Assembly (NCBI GenBank): GCA_002633005.1
Contig: NMRA01000304.1
Coordinates: forward strand, 151,200-215,199
Reading direction: 5' to 3'
Length of the DNA stretch: 64,000 bases
Origin: Phoronis australis
Taxonomy: Eukaryota; Animalia; Phoronida
Positions 62,254 through 64,000 of the stretch are shown in pieces. How positions within the stretch are numbered: position 1 is the stretch's first letter; every line of letters begins with the position of its first letter. Position numbers and translations under genes: made by a program. The notes beneath the pieces are model-generated. The model searched no databases, was not told the origin of the DNA, and saw only the letters and a list, made by a program, of their open reading frames with translations.

Positions 62254-63329
62254 TCTTTTCTACAGCCATATCCCGAATTCAGCCCTTTTGCGGAGGTAGA
62301 AAAATGCATGTTAGGATTGTTGTGGTTTTCGTTTCAGCATTGTCACTCATTGTGCAACAGTGAAAATTGATTCTGGCATTAGACTTGACTGATGCTGAAC
62401 GACATTTGATGTAAAATAGTGATTAGCCATGAACGAAATATCCTGCTTCCACACCACGCTAACTGACATTTTTGCTTGTTTTGCTTCATGTTAGCTTTGT
62501 AATAATGAAAATGAAAGTCGTCATTTCAAGCTTTTGCTTTTTAATATTGCTGATTTTTGTAAAAATATTTGCTTGTCAAATTTCCTTGAATTTCCTCGCT
62601 GTACTCATTTCATTCTCTATGGCAGATAACTTTTGCTGATTTACGGTAATTTTCTCTTTAGAATATGATTTATGTTTCTCTGTGGAATATAATTTGATTA
62701 AAATTCTCAAACCAAGGTATTTCGAATTCATTTATGTGACTTGTTGGTGTTTCTGAAACGTAATTGTTTCTGTTTTCACCCTTAGGTTTGGTTACCATTT
62801 TTTTCCAGATTTTAATGTGTGATGTTTCTTTTTCTCGTATGACACAGCTTCTAGCTTTTTAGTATTATTAATATTGTTATTATTCTGTATCTTTATGCTA
62901 ATGTGAATATGTGCCACATTTTCCAAGTGATTTGCTTGTGACTTTGGAGGCAATTATTCCTCTGCAGTCTGTGGAATCAACAGAGAAGCTCAAAATTCAC
63001 TGTCATGGTGTTGGTAGTGAAACAATAGGTCCTACTCCTACCTGAAAATGCACGCATTCAAGCATTGTTGTGTGGGACTTTTATCTCACGAGCGCCCCCT
63101 AGCTGAGCAGCTAATTTTGTTCTCAGTCTACTGTTCAAGGAATGAAAAGTGGGACTTTTTGTTGAAGAGTACTGGAATATACCTTTATTTCCACTGCGTG
63201 AGATTTCCTTACAAATGCACACCAGAGAGCTGACCCAAAGTGCCATCTATTGTGTACTATGCTAACTGGTGTACATCCAGTTTTCCACAGTCATGTGTGT
63301 TTTGTTATATCTTTTTCATTTTAACACAG

Positions 63330-63477
63330 GTTTGATGAAGAGAGTGAGGTCCCCACAGAGTTTGTCGAACAGATGGATGAGCTCTGCTATTGGCTGGATG
63401 AGACGGAGAGCATCGTCAATTCGTCTCTCAGGGTGGCCGATCAGGAGCATCTAGCGAGCTTCCTGGAAAAATTAAAG
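63330..63477 (+). CDS. Dys: Dystrophin exon (R18), FDEESEVPTEFVEQMDELCYWLDETESIV...FLEKLK
   Basis: aacacag acceptor, gtgtgc donor, 148 nt (same size as human exon 46). Confidence 0.94.
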
Positions 63478-63946
63478 GTGTGCACACTGTCTTTTTCCTC
63501 AAACTGCAAAAGTCAAGCACCTCAAGAAGGCCTCAATTTTCCGTGGCCTCTACAGATTTCAAACAGTTCAAAAAATACAAACTTGAGAGGATTGGGACCA
63601 GTGTAACTTGAATTTTCAGTTGTGCTGCAACTTGCTTTAGAATTTGTTTGTGTTTTGGGCGCTGGAGGAACAATGAAACCCAGAGATTACATATTGTTCA
63701 GACTCTCATCGGGCAAATGCTTAAGGTCTGTCCCTCAGCAAGTTATTAAATTAGCAATTGCACTGTCAAGTTATGTTTTTGTTTGATTGTTGTATACGAC
63801 CATGAAATTTTGCACGTGGTTCAATTTAGGCAACACACTTTCCTGGTCTAATCTACCTTTGTCTTGTAGTCTTTCTACTGTATGGGGACTTTGTAGCTGC
63901 AGTCTTGATGCAGCTGTCTTAATCACCTTTCTCGTTTCTCTTCCAG

Positions 63947-64000
63947 GATAGGGAAGGTGATAAAGAGGCTAAGAGGCGGAGCCTGGACACAGTGACAGAG
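63947..64000 (+). CDS. Dys: Dystrophin exon (R18), truncated by the window end, DREGDKEAKRRSLDTVTE
   Basis: Strong polypyrimidine tract and ttccag acceptor; open in phase 0. Confidence 0.82.

Larger units (their letters stand above)
3952..64000 (+). other. Dys: Dystrophin/utrophin-family gene, partial (CH1 through spectrin repeat R18), 40 exons traced
   Basis: Spliced translation is open through all exons with consistent intron phases. Hallmark motifs: [93 protein letters not shown]. Confidence 0.97.

Overview
This is eukaryotic, AT-rich DNA from an invertebrate bilaterian (inferred from protein similarity). The whole window lies inside one + strand dystrophin/utrophin-family gene. I traced 40 phase-compatible GT-AG exons from 3952 to the window end (6642 nt, about 2214 aa). 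They run from mid-CH1 of the actin-binding domain through CH2, hinges 1-2 and spectrin repeats R1 to early R18, roughly equivalent to human DMD exons 4-47. The start and C-terminus lie outside the window. Most ORF-track entries are exon fragments read into introns, or noise. Notable intronic structure: (1) arrays of degenerate tandem copies of exon-intron junctions at five exons, plus three more junction-abutting arrays; (2) two candidate internal first exons with Cys-x-Cys N-termini; (3) two candidate frame-preserving cassette/microexons with nearby TGCATG motifs; (4) a TA-targeting MITE family in which two of three copies carry different tRNA-like inserts at nearly the same site; (5) a probable solo LTR inside a junction echo, plus foldback elements; (6) two single-N scaffold joins showing allelic overlap, one with a presence/absence transposon and one creating a false exon duplication. 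Human exon sizes and repeat numbering are quoted from memory of the DMD structure and should be verified.
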